Part shown: in pieces, positions 1 to 8,498 of the stretch
Layout of the letters: each line of letters begins with the position of its first letter
Numbering within the stretch: position 1 is the first letter of the stretch
NCBI GenBank assembly: GCA_038891095.1
Contig: JAWAEV010000007.1
Span: 1 to 44,427, forward strand
Source: Candidatus Altiarchaeota archaeon
GTDB taxonomy: Archaea; Altiarchaeota; Altiarchaeia; IMC4; QMZM01
Reading direction: 5' to 3'
Length of the DNA stretch: 44,427 bases
Notes under the pieces: model-generated
What the model saw: the letters and a program-made list of their open reading frames with translations, nothing else
The model's database searches: none
Told to the model about the DNA's origin: nothing
Made by a program: the position numbers and the translations under genes

Positions 1-1
1 T

Positions 2-1435
2 GGCTTTTTCCATTTACCTATTTACTTTGAGGGTTTCTTTACAAGAGAGGATATTGCTAACAAAACAGTTACAACAATCGGGAATCTCAACAGATATACA
101 ATGCGTATGATTGAGGGGAATGCCTATGCAGTTAACACTGGAAAAACTTCCCTCAGAAATTTAACTGAGTTATATTACGAGCCATCTAAAACAGAGCATT
201 ATTCTGCTGATGGATATATTTTTGAGTATACAATAAATAGGGCAGGAGCAAAAAATAGGAAAATTTTGATAAATCCATTGGATATAGAAAATCTTTATAA
301 TTTTTCAACTTTTGTGCCAAGAATAAATTTTGGGCAGTCAGTTAGAGCATTTGGTAGAAACTCTTTAGCTGCTCCATATCTTGCAATTGCTAGGAGAGAG
401 TCATTTATATTCTTTTCAAGAGGGCCTATTACACATAATGATTCCTACTGTGGTGACTCTCCAATTCATTTAGCTGTTAGATACATAGCTAATGACATAA
501 TAGAAGAACTAAAAGAGAAAACTCATGGAGGAGTGCTTACAATTATTTCTGATCCAAGACATGTGTTGGATTCTTACTATAGAGGTTGCTCAGGAGGAGG
601 GCAAGAAAGGACGCAAATAGATAGACAATATAATGAAAATGTGGGAAGAATTTATGGAATTACTGTGACAGACACCTCTTCTTATATAGCAAGGTCAGTC
701 TTTTATAATGAGCTTGTAAGAAAAAGTAGTATCCCTGGAGTTGGCATTGGTTTAACACCAACTTTAGTTATCTCACATAGTATTGATCCATATATGGAAG
801 ATGCATCTAAGCTAGTTCCAATATTGAGAGATGACTTTGGCTTAAATGGTTGGGATGTAGAATGTTATATTGATGACCCTTCAATAGCTAGTATAGCAAG
901 ATGCTATCAAGGACAAAAACCTGATATACCTAGATACTTAAGAAAGAGAGTTATCCTATTCTTAGATCATGGATGGCATAATTCTTGGGCTGGCACAATA
1001 AGCTCAGAGGAGATTCCTGATTATTTGGATTTGCCAATAGTTTTTGGAGATGCATGCTTAACAAATAATTTTTGGGTTGGCGATATTTCTACTCTTGGCC
1101 TAAATTGGATAAGGCACGGAGCGATAGCATATTTTGGTGCTGCAGGAGTAGCAAAATATTATGACTGCTTAGGTTTTGGAAGTTATTACTCAAATGCTCG
1201 TCGTGCATTGAGTGAGTATGCCCTTGGAGCTTATACTCTTGGATCGATAAATCAAGGACTAAACCATTGTGTTGATCAATGCCTTTGTTGCACGACTGAT
1301 TGCTCATATAGAGATGACTATCTCCTGCTTGGTGACCCTCTACTTAAATTCCCAAGACCAGTTTTATATGAATGGGAGAAAAGATCTGGAAGAGGAGAAC
1401 TTGAATTTGAATTATCTGCAGAGGAGGAAATATAA
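2..1435 (+). CDS. Peptidase C25 (gingipain-like, clan CD) domain protein; 5'-truncated by window edge
   Basis: Frame is open from nt 2 (GFFHLPIYFEG...) through the ORF-track ATG at 101. C-terminal motifs FLDHG..W, PIVFGDACLTNNF, GAIAYFG and YLLLGDP match the C25 His-Cys catalytic core. Confidence 0.7.
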   Translation, partial: GFFHLPIYFEGFFTREDIANKTVTTIGNLNRYTMRMIEGNAYAVNTGKTSLRNLTELYYEPSKTEHYSADGYIFEYTINRAGAKNRKILINPLDIENLYNFSTFVPRINFGQSVRAFGRNSLAAPYLAIARRESFIFFSRGPITHNDSYCGDSPIHLAVRYIANDIIEELKEKTHGGVLTIISDPRHVLDSYYRGCSGGGQERTQIDRQYNENVGRIYGITVTDTSSYIARSVFYNELVRKSSIPGVGIGLTPTLVISHSIDPYMEDASKLVPILRDDFGLNGWDVECYIDDPSIASIARCYQGQKPDIPRYLRKRVILFLDHGWHNSWAGTISSEEIPDYLDLPIVFGDACLTNNFWVGDISTLGLNWIRHGAIAYFGAAGVAKYYDCLGFGSYYSNARRALSEYALGAYTLGSINQGLNHCVDQCLCCTTDCSYRDDYLLLGDPLLKFPRPVLYEWEKRSGRGELEFELSAEEEI

Positions 1436-1436
1436 A

Positions 1437-2306
1437 ATGAATACATTGAAAAATAAATTTGGCTCTATTTTGAGATTCATGTTAGTATCTGTTTTTCTCT
1501 TTTTCTTTTTGGAGACATTGGCAAAAGAAGAAATTTTTTTTGAAGTAAAAACAGATAAAGAAGTTTACTATCCTAATGAGAAGATAACAATTTTTGCTAA
1601 TATAAAAAATTTTGAAAAAAATGAGAAATTTCTTGTTTTAGAATTTAGTATTACTCCTTCTAAGCCCAGAGTTCAATATCCTGTAACATTGTTTAGAGTT
1701 CCATGTCCATTAAAAGCTGAAGAAGAAAAAATAATGAACATATCTTCTCTTGTAGTTTCAGATACAATGCCATCAGATAGCTACAATCTCACTGCATCTT
1801 TACTTTATGAAGGAAAAATTTTAGCCAAGGCAGAAACTTCTTTCAAAGTTGAGAAAACTCTAAATGTTATTGACCTAAAAATTTTAACCTGTAAAGATGA
1901 AAAATGTGATTATCAGAGAAGTATTTTTCATAAAGGAGATACACTTTACATAGGATACTCCTCTGTTGAAGGGGCCTTAGTTAAAGCAAATGTTAAATTT
2001 CCTGATGGAAGGAACATGGATTTAATTTTACCATCAACTTTAAAATTAGAAAACCCTGGCAGATATTCAATAAAGGTAGCAGCATCAAAATCAGGCTACA
2101 AAACTATAATTAAAGACTTTGAGATTGGAGTTTTGGAAGAGGAGATAAAAGTTTTAGAAGAAAAATTAGATAGAGAAAAAGAATTAAAAATTGCTGCTGA
2201 AAAACCAAAAGAAAATTTACAATATATCTTAATTTTAACTCTCACATTAATAATTTTTTTAGGAATTTGGAAAATTTACATAAATAAAAAAGTTAAAGGG
2301 AGATGA
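1437..2306 (+). CDS. Exported, C-terminally membrane-anchored beta-rich (MG2/Ig-like) surface protein
   Basis: Start moved to ATG 1437, just after the upstream stop and following GAGGAGG. Signal-like N-terminus, TDKEVYYPNE motif, C-terminal TM (YILILTLTLIIFLGIW) with basic tail. Confidence 0.7.
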   Translation: MNTLKNKFGSILRFMLVSVFLFFFLETLAKEEIFFEVKTDKEVYYPNEKITIFANIKNFEKNEKFLVLEFSITPSKPRVQYPVTLFRVPCPLKAEEEKIMNISSLVVSDTMPSDSYNLTASLLYEGKILAKAETSFKVEKTLNVIDLKILTCKDEKCDYQRSIFHKGDTLYIGYSSVEGALVKANVKFPDGRNMDLILPSTLKLENPGRYSIKVAASKSGYKTIIKDFEIGVLEEEIKVLEEKLDREKELKIAAEKPKENLQYILILTLTLIIFLGIWKIYINKKVKGR

Positions 2307-3322
2307 TAGAAATTGATGGCTCCTTTGGCGAAGGCGGTGGGCAGATATTACGAACAGCAATTGCTTTTTCAGCCTTAACTCAAGAGCCAGTGAGAATTTT
2401 TAATATTAGAGCAAAAAGACAGCCATCTGGATTAAAAGCACAGCATTTGACTGCTGTAAATGCTATTAGAAAATTATGCGATGCTGAAGTTTCAGGTAAT
2501 GAAATTGGTTCAAGAGAAATTTTCTTTAGGCCAAAGGAAATAAAGAATGAGAATTTTAGCATAAATGTTGGCACAGCTGGTGCAATAACTTTGGTTTTGC
2601 AAGCGTTAATGATTCCTGCAATAAATATAAAGAAAAAAATTTCAGTTCATTTAAAAGGTGGCACAGATGTTAGATGGTCACCAACGATTGATTATTTAAG
2701 ATTTGTAGCATTACCTCTGCTTAAAAAATTTGGCTATAATGCTGAGATTTTTTTAGAGCAAAGAGGTTATTTTCCAGAAGGTAATGGAAGAGTTTCAGTT
2801 GAATTTTCACCAATGAAATTAAAAAGAATAGAGCTTATTGAACTTGGAAAAATTTTATCTCTTGAAGGAATTTCAAATGCCCATCATGCTTTAGAAAAGA
2901 GAAATGTTGCAAGAAGGCAAGAAAGAACTGCAAGAACTTTGCTTTATAATGAGCTTTGTAGGATTAATCCGGAGCTGAATGTTGATATAAAACAAGAGTA
3001 TTGTAAAGCTTTATCATATGGCTCTGCTCTAACTTTATGGATAAAAACTGAAAATTCAATTCTTGGCTCTTGTGCAGTTGGAGAAAAAAATAAGAGCTCA
3101 GAAATTGTTGCTCAAGAAGCTTCAAAATTTTTACTTGAAGAACTCTCTTTAAATGCTGTGATTGATAGACATATGGCTGATCAAATTGTTCCATATTTAG
3201 CAATTGCAAAAGGTGAAGTTCTCACTAGCAAAATAACTGACCATACAAAAACGAATGTTGCTATAGTGGACAAATTTGGTTTTAATGTAAAAATTCTTGA
3301 CAAAAAAATTCTTAGCGAATAG
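2303..3322 (+). CDS. rtcA: RNA 3'-terminal phosphate cyclase
   Basis: MIEIDGSFGEGGGQILRTA, GLKAQHL, RGYFPEGNG, D.HMADQ and catalytic His in TDHTKTN; 339 aa. Confidence 0.96.
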   Translation: MIEIDGSFGEGGGQILRTAIAFSALTQEPVRIFNIRAKRQPSGLKAQHLTAVNAIRKLCDAEVSGNEIGSREIFFRPKEIKNENFSINVGTAGAITLVLQALMIPAINIKKKISVHLKGGTDVRWSPTIDYLRFVALPLLKKFGYNAEIFLEQRGYFPEGNGRVSVEFSPMKLKRIELIELGKILSLEGISNAHHALEKRNVARRQERTARTLLYNELCRINPELNVDIKQEYCKALSYGSALTLWIKTENSILGSCAVGEKNKSSEIVAQEASKFLLEELSLNAVIDRHMADQIVPYLAIAKGEVLTSKITDHTKTNVAIVDKFGFNVKILDKKILSE

Positions 3323-3323
3323 C

Positions 3324-3893
3324 TCATAGCTTTAACTTCTCAAGAACAATATCTTTTATTTCAGAGAAAACAACTTCTTTACTTTGCTCACCATCAATTT
3401 TAATGACTTCAGTATCAAATTTCATATAGTTCTCTCTGACATTTGCTAAGAACTTTTCATTTTCAAAAATTTCTTGAGTTTTTACTCTCTTAGAAGAAAT
3501 TTTAGGATCAATATCAATAACTATTGCAATATCTGGCATAATAACAAATTTATTCAACTCTAAAAGCCATTGTCTTGAAACACCTTGAGCTTCTTGATAT
3601 GCTATTGTCGAGTAATAATACCTTTCAGAAATTACAATTTTTCCTTCTTTTAATGCTGGTTCAATTATTTTTTTTAAATGCTCATAGCGATCAGCAGTAA
3701 AAAGCAATGCCAATGTTTTTGCATCAACCACATGCAGTCCAGAAAGAACTTCACGAATAAATTTTCCAATTTCATTTTCTGTTGGTTCAGCAGTCATTAT
3801 GACATCAAAATTATTTTTCTTTAAAAATTCACTAAGCAATTTTGCTTGCGTTGTTTTACCACAGCCGTCTATGCCTTCAAGAACAATAAACAT
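3324..3893 (-). CDS. tmk: Thymidylate kinase
   Basis: FIVLEGIDGCGKTTQ P-loop, LLFTADRYEH, ERYYYSTIAYQ. Confidence 0.96.
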   Translation of the reverse strand: MFIVLEGIDGCGKTTQAKLLSEFLKKNNFDVIMTAEPTENEIGKFIREVLSGLHVVDAKTLALLFTADRYEHLKKIIEPALKEGKIVISERYYYSTIAYQEAQGVSRQWLLELNKFVIMPDIAIVIDIDPKISSKRVKTQEIFENEKFLANVRENYMKFDTEVIKIDGEQSKEVVFSEIKDIVLEKLKL

Positions 3894-3928
3894 GTTATTA
3901 AGTTAGATTTCCTTTTTAATATAACAAA

Positions 3929-4819
3929 ATGGAAGATAATGAGTTAGAAGCTTATAAAAAAGCGGGGAGCATTGCAAAAGAAGTGAGAGAATGGAGTAAA
4001 AATTTATTAAAACCAGGAGAAAAAATTTTTGAAATTGCTGAAAAAATTGAAGATAAAATAAAAAGTGCTGGCGCCGAAGTTGCATTTCCTGTGAATATTT
4101 GTATTAATGATATCACCGCTCATTATACGCCAAAATTTCAAGAAGATACTTCTATAGGTGAGGAAGATGTTGTGAAAGTTGATATTGGAGTGCATGTTGA
4201 TGGTTATATCGCAGATACTGCTTACACAATTGACTTTTCCGGAAAATATAAGAGAATGCTTGAAGTAAATGAAAAAGCACTAAATACTGCAATAGAAATG
4301 ATTAAACCAGGAGCTTTAGTTTCAGAAATTGGTAGAGCTATCTATGAATGTATCACAAAGGAAGGTTTTAAACCAATAGAAAATTTAACAGGACATGAAA
4401 TTAAAAGGTATGATCTACATGCAGGAATTTCAATTCCAAATATCCCTGTGCCATATAATTGGAAGATCAAGAAGGATATGGTTCTTGCAATAGAGCCTTT
4501 CGTGACAAATGGCTATGGCAGAGTTGTTGAATCAAAGAGAATAGAAATTTTTTCATTTTTAGATGAGAAACCAACAAGAATTAAAGAAGCAAGGAGCATA
4601 ATTGAAAAAGCTCGTGAAAGAGAAAAATTACCATTTGCTCAGAGATGGTTCTCAAAAGATTTTTCAACAATAAAATTGGATTTAATTTTCAGGGATTTAA
4701 CAATAAGAAAAATTTTAAAGTCTTATCCAATTTTGCATGAAAAAGAGAAAGGAATTGTTAGTCAATTTGAGCATACTGTAATTGTTACAGATAATGGATG
4801 CGAAGTCATAACAGAATAA
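3929..4819 (+). CDS. map: Methionine aminopeptidase, type II
   Basis: AFPVNI...AHYTP, DIGVHVDGYIADTA, LTGH...LHAG, AIEPF, SQFEHT, plus the type II insertion. Confidence 0.97.
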   Translation: MEDNELEAYKKAGSIAKEVREWSKNLLKPGEKIFEIAEKIEDKIKSAGAEVAFPVNICINDITAHYTPKFQEDTSIGEEDVVKVDIGVHVDGYIADTAYTIDFSGKYKRMLEVNEKALNTAIEMIKPGALVSEIGRAIYECITKEGFKPIENLTGHEIKRYDLHAGISIPNIPVPYNWKIKKDMVLAIEPFVTNGYGRVVESKRIEIFSFLDEKPTRIKEARSIIEKAREREKLPFAQRWFSKDFSTIKLDLIFRDLTIRKILKSYPILHEKEKGIVSQFEHTVIVTDNGCEVITE

Positions 4820-4821
4820 GA

Positions 4822-4908
4822 TTACTTACGCAATCCTAACATCCTCTCTCTGTGTCTTTTTCTTCTCTTTGCTGTTCTCCAACTTGTCACCCTTACGCGT
4901 TTTACCAT
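4822..4908 (-). CDS. 28-aa Arg/Lys-rich small protein (MVKRVRVTSWRTAKRRKRHRERMLGLRK)
   Basis: Hand-translated; below the ORF-track cutoff. GAGGAGGT SD-like site upstream. ATG directly follows the stop of the upstream micro-ORF (TAA ATG), and the stop lies 2 nt from the map stop. Confidence 0.65.
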   Translation of the reverse strand: MVKRVRVTSWRTAKRRKRHRERMLGLRK

Positions 4909-5079
4909 TTAAAGAACCTCCTCTTTTATAATGTTTATATCTTCTTTATAATTTTTCATCTCTTCAATAAATTTTTTCCATTTGTATTTTGAAATTACAA
5001 TTATTACAGAGATTATAAAAATTAAAATTAAAAACAATGGATGTAAAAACCAAACTTCTATGTAAGAATTGTAGGACAT
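4909..5079 (-). CDS. 56-aa single-TM small membrane protein (MSYNSYIEVWFLHPLFLILIFIISVIIVISKYKWKKFIEEMKNYKEDINIIKEEVL)
   Basis: Hand-translated. One hydrophobic helix followed by KYKWKK (positive-inside). Fills the gap exactly up to the 28-aa ORF. Confidence 0.6.
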   Translation of the reverse strand: MSYNSYIEVWFLHPLFLILIFIISVIIVISKYKWKKFIEEMKNYKEDINIIKEEVL

Positions 5080-5120
5080 TTCAAATTAAATAATATTGAA
5101 ACAATTAATATAAAGAAAAA

Positions 5121-5960
5121 ATGCAAAAACAGATCAATGCAGATGAATTTTTAAGGTTAATAGAGAATGTTAAAGATATTTTGATTAAGGAGAAATTAGA
5201 AAGGGGATATGTAGCTAAAATTTCAGAAGATGAAAAAGAGTTAATTATTGTTGGTGATATCCATGGAGACATAAAAAGCTTAAAATTTATACTTGATGAT
5301 ACAAAGAAAATAGCTAAAAAGAAATTTCTCTTCCTTGGAGATTACGCAGATAGAGGTCTTTTCCAAGTTGAGGTTTATCATTCAATTTTAAAATTGAAAG
5401 AAAATTTTCCAGACACAATTTTGCTTAGAGGAAATCATGAATTCCCTAATGGCTTAGAGGTTTATCCGCATGATTTACCAATCCATCTAAAAGAAAAATT
5501 CCCAGATAAATGGCAAAATATTTATAAAAAAATTAGAGAATTTTGGGAGCTTTTACCTCTTTGTGCAATTTTAGATAAAAAATATCTTTTCCTTCATGGA
5601 GGCCTTCCTTCAGAATTAAAAAGTTTGCAAGATTTATCATCAAAAAAATTCATTGAAGAAATTTTATGGAATGATCCAACTGATGAAATTTCAGATATAG
5701 CAAATAACCCAAGAGGTGCTGGAAAAATTTTTGGCAAGGATATTACTGAAAAAATTTTAAATTCTCTTGGATTGAAAACTTTGGTAAGATCTCATGAATC
5801 TTGCAATGGATTTAAAATTAATCATGATGGTTTAATCTTAACGATATTTTCAACAAAAGGACCATATGGTAATGAAAATGCTTCATACTTGAAAATAAAT
5901 CCAAGAGAAAAAGCGAAAGATGCTTATAAATTATCAGATGAAAATTTGAGAATATTTTAA
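5121..5960 (+). CDS. PPP-family Ser/Thr protein phosphatase (metallophosphoesterase)
   Basis: GDIHG, GDYADRG, LRGNHE, HGG, LWNDP, NPRGAG, RSHE, LTIFS motifs. Confidence 0.92.
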   Translation: MQKQINADEFLRLIENVKDILIKEKLERGYVAKISEDEKELIIVGDIHGDIKSLKFILDDTKKIAKKKFLFLGDYADRGLFQVEVYHSILKLKENFPDTILLRGNHEFPNGLEVYPHDLPIHLKEKFPDKWQNIYKKIREFWELLPLCAILDKKYLFLHGGLPSELKSLQDLSSKKFIEEILWNDPTDEISDIANNPRGAGKIFGKDITEKILNSLGLKTLVRSHESCNGFKINHDGLILTIFSTKGPYGNENASYLKINPREKAKDAYKLSDENLRIF

Positions 5961-6229
5961 CATAATCTTCTCTTATCCCAAACAATTTCTCCCTTCCAAA
6001 GAATTTTTCTAATTCTATGCAGAGGAATTAAACTTTCTATATCACTTTTACGCCTAAAAAAATCTCCATCAATTTCAATTTCTGAAAATTTAACTTTTGT
6101 AAGTGCCTTAGAATTTCTGTCAAAATAGCAAATTTCAAAATCATCAGGATTTAAATTTTTGTCAAATTTTATTCTGTTAAGAGCATTTTTCTCAAGAATC
6201 TCCTTTTCAAAATTTTTCCTTAGAGACAT
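5957..6229 (-). CDS. DUF504 / MJ1316-like small protein (predicted RNA-end binding)
   Basis: LNRIKFD....DDFEICYFDR and IPLHRIRKI..KGEIVWDKR pattern; 90 aa. Confidence 0.8.
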   Translation of the reverse strand: MSLRKNFEKEILEKNALNRIKFDKNLNPDDFEICYFDRNSKALTKVKFSEIEIDGDFFRRKSDIESLIPLHRIRKILWKGEIVWDKRRLC

Positions 6230-6230
6230 T

Positions 6231-6431
6231 CTAATCTTCTTTACTTTGTTCTTCTGCCTTCCTTAAATTTTCTAATGCCTTTTTGAAACCATAGATAAAA
6301 TATTCATCAAATGGGATATAACCTACACTCTTTTTCCAAATTTCCTTCTGTTGTTTTATAAATTCTTCGCATGCTTTTAAGTAAGCCTCTCTTAATTTAT
6401 CTCTTCCTGTTTTAACTTGTGTTATTGGCAT
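6231..6431 (-). CDS. Hypothetical protein (66 aa)
   Basis: ATG start, ordinary composition, ends 1 nt before the DUF504 gene on the same strand. Confidence 0.6.
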   Translation of the reverse strand: MPITQVKTGRDKLREAYLKACEEFIKQQKEIWKKSVGYIPFDEYFIYGFKKALENLRKAEEQSKED

Positions 6432-6467
6432 TTTAGTTATTTAAAAAATGGAAACATTAACATATAT

Positions 6468-7067
6468 ATGGCTGAAATTTTCAAACTTCCAAAAGTTTAT
6501 TTTGATAGCAAAATTTCGGTTGAAAAGGCAATATTTAGTAGAAGATCAGTAAGAAAATACAGTGAGGAAGCATTAACTCTTGAAGAAATTTCAAGAATTT
6601 TATTTTTTTCGCAGGGAATAACACAAAATGAATTTCTTAGGACTGCACCATCAGCAGGTGCAACATATCCATTAGAGACTTATTTAGTTGTGGGCAAAGT
6701 TGAAAATTTAGAGCATGGAGTTTATCATTATATTCCAGAAAAACATGAAATAGAAAAAATTTTTTCCGGGGATGTTAGAGAAAAATTGGCAGATGCTGCT
6801 TTAGGTCAAGATTTTATTGCAAAAGCTCCAGCGAGCATAATCTTTACTGCAATTTATGAGAGAACAACCCAAAGATATGGCAAAAGAGGCATAAGATATG
6901 TACATATGGAAGTTGGCTCTGCAAGTGAGAATGTGCATCTTGAATGCGAGTCTCTTGGTTTAGGAACAGTTATTGTTGGTGCTTTTTATGATGAGGAAGT
7001 TGCAAGATTGTTAAATTTGAATGATGAAATACCATTATGTATAATGCCAATTGGCAGAAAAATTTAA
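6468..7067 (+). CDS. SagB/ThcOx-type nitroreductase-fold flavoprotein
   Basis: RRSVRKY, RTAPSAGATYPLE, GVYHY.P..H, RYG.RG.RYVHMEVG. Start moved to ATG 6468 (MAEIFKLP) to avoid overlap. Confidence 0.9.
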   Translation: MAEIFKLPKVYFDSKISVEKAIFSRRSVRKYSEEALTLEEISRILFFSQGITQNEFLRTAPSAGATYPLETYLVVGKVENLEHGVYHYIPEKHEIEKIFSGDVREKLADAALGQDFIAKAPASIIFTAIYERTTQRYGKRGIRYVHMEVGSASENVHLECESLGLGTVIVGAFYDEEVARLLNLNDEIPLCIMPIGRKI

Positions 7068-7244
7068 AAATAAATTATCCCATTATCAAATTTTAATAAA
7101 TTTATTAATTTTTGGAAATTTTTTTTGTTTTATGTGGTCCAATTTTTAATTTTTTAAATTTTTTATGTTTTTTGTTCATTTGAAAATTCTTTTTTATTCT
7201 AATTCTAACAATAATTTAATGTATGCCATTTTTTATTCTCTATA

Positions 7245-8498
7245 ATGAAAAAAATAAAGATACTAATGTTTGGTTGGGAATTTCCACCATTTTCAACTGG
7301 GGGTTTAGGAACTGCTTGTTATGGCTTAACAAAAGGTTTAGTGAGAAATGGTGCTGATATAACATTTGTTCTACCGAGGAGTAGTCCCGAAATAAAAAAT
7401 GAAGACTATATGAAAATTATTTCTATAGAAAATTTCAAATATAAAAAAGGAAAAATAAAATTCGTGAGAGTTGATAGCATTCTTAAGCCATATATTTCAT
7501 CAAAGGAATATGAAGAAAAATTTGGGTTGGAAAAATTTTCTGAGGAACATAGGATCTATGGAGCCGATCTTTTTTCAGAAGTTTTAAGATATGCAAAACA
7601 TGCAAGAGAGATAGCAAAGAGTGAAGATTTTGATATCATCCATTGTCATGATTGGCTAACTTTTCTTTGTGGAATTGAAGCAAAAAAAGTTGCAAAGAGA
7701 AAAGGTAAAAAAGCACCATTGATAGTTCATGTTCATGCAACTGAATTTGATAGAACAATTGGAAACCCAAATAGATTTGTTTATGAAATAGAGCAAAAAG
7801 GTATGGAAGAAGCTAATTATATTATAACTGTTAGTGAATACACAAAGAATATGATTTTAAAGCATTACAATGTCTCTCCAAAAAAAATTAGAGTTGTGCA
7901 TAATTCAATCGATCCAGAATTCAGAGAAATTAAGGAAAATTTTAAATTAAAGGAGAAATACAAAATAGTGATATTCTTAGGAAGAATTACAATTCAGAAA
8001 GGACCTTTACATTTCTTGTGGATAGCAAAAAAAGTTTTAGAAAAGGATAAGAATGTGAGATTTATAGTAGTTGGTTCTGGTGATATGCAGCAATATATGA
8101 TTGAGGAAGCTGCAAATCTTGGTATAGGGGATAAAATTTTATTTATGGATTTTGTCTCTGGGGAAGATGTTGATAAAGCTTACAAATTTGCAGATGTTTT
8201 TGTTATGCCCTCTATCTCAGAACCATTTGGTTTAGCTGCTTTAGAAGCAGTAAAGAATGGTATTCCAGCAGTTGTTTCAAAACAATCCGGTGTAATAGAA
8301 GTTTTAAGAAATTGTCTAATTGCAGATTTTTGGGATATAAATGAGATGGCAAATAAAATTTTAGCTTTATTGAAATATACTGCTCTCAAGAGTGTTTTGA
8401 TAGAGGAAGGTCTCAATGAAGTGAAAAATTTCAGCTGGGACATACCAGCAAAAAAATGCTTAGAAATTTATAGAAAAGCTTTTGAGGAGGTGAGTTAA
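7245..8498 (+). CDS. GT4 glycosyltransferase (glycogen-associated)
   Basis: MFGWEFPPFSTGGLGTACYGL, IHCHDWLT, HVHATEFDR, MPSISEPFGLAALEA. Confidence 0.92.
   Translation: MKKIKILMFGWEFPPFSTGGLGTACYGLTKGLVRNGADITFVLPRSSPEIKNEDYMKIISIENFKYKKGKIKFVRVDSILKPYISSKEYEEKFGLEKFSEEHRIYGADLFSEVLRYAKHAREIAKSEDFDIIHCHDWLTFLCGIEAKKVAKRKGKKAPLIVHVHATEFDRTIGNPNRFVYEIEQKGMEEANYIITVSEYTKNMILKHYNVSPKKIRVVHNSIDPEFREIKENFKLKEKYKIVIFLGRITIQKGPLHFLWIAKKVLEKDKNVRFIVVGSGDMQQYMIEEAANLGIGDKILFMDFVSGEDVDKAYKFADVFVMPSISEPFGLAALEAVKNGIPAVVSKQSGVIEVLRNCLIADFWDINEMANKILALLKYTALKSVLIEEGLNEVKNFSWDIPAKKCLEIYRKAFEEVS

Noticed and set aside
6468-7067. SagB-like gene as a sign of a RiPP (TOMM) cluster
   Set aside because: No YcaO, precursor peptide or transporter nearby; stand-alone SagB-type nitroreductases are common in archaea.
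7068-7244. Very T-rich intergenic stretch
   Set aside because: Compatible with oligo-T terminators plus a promoter; no repeat or structure I can support.
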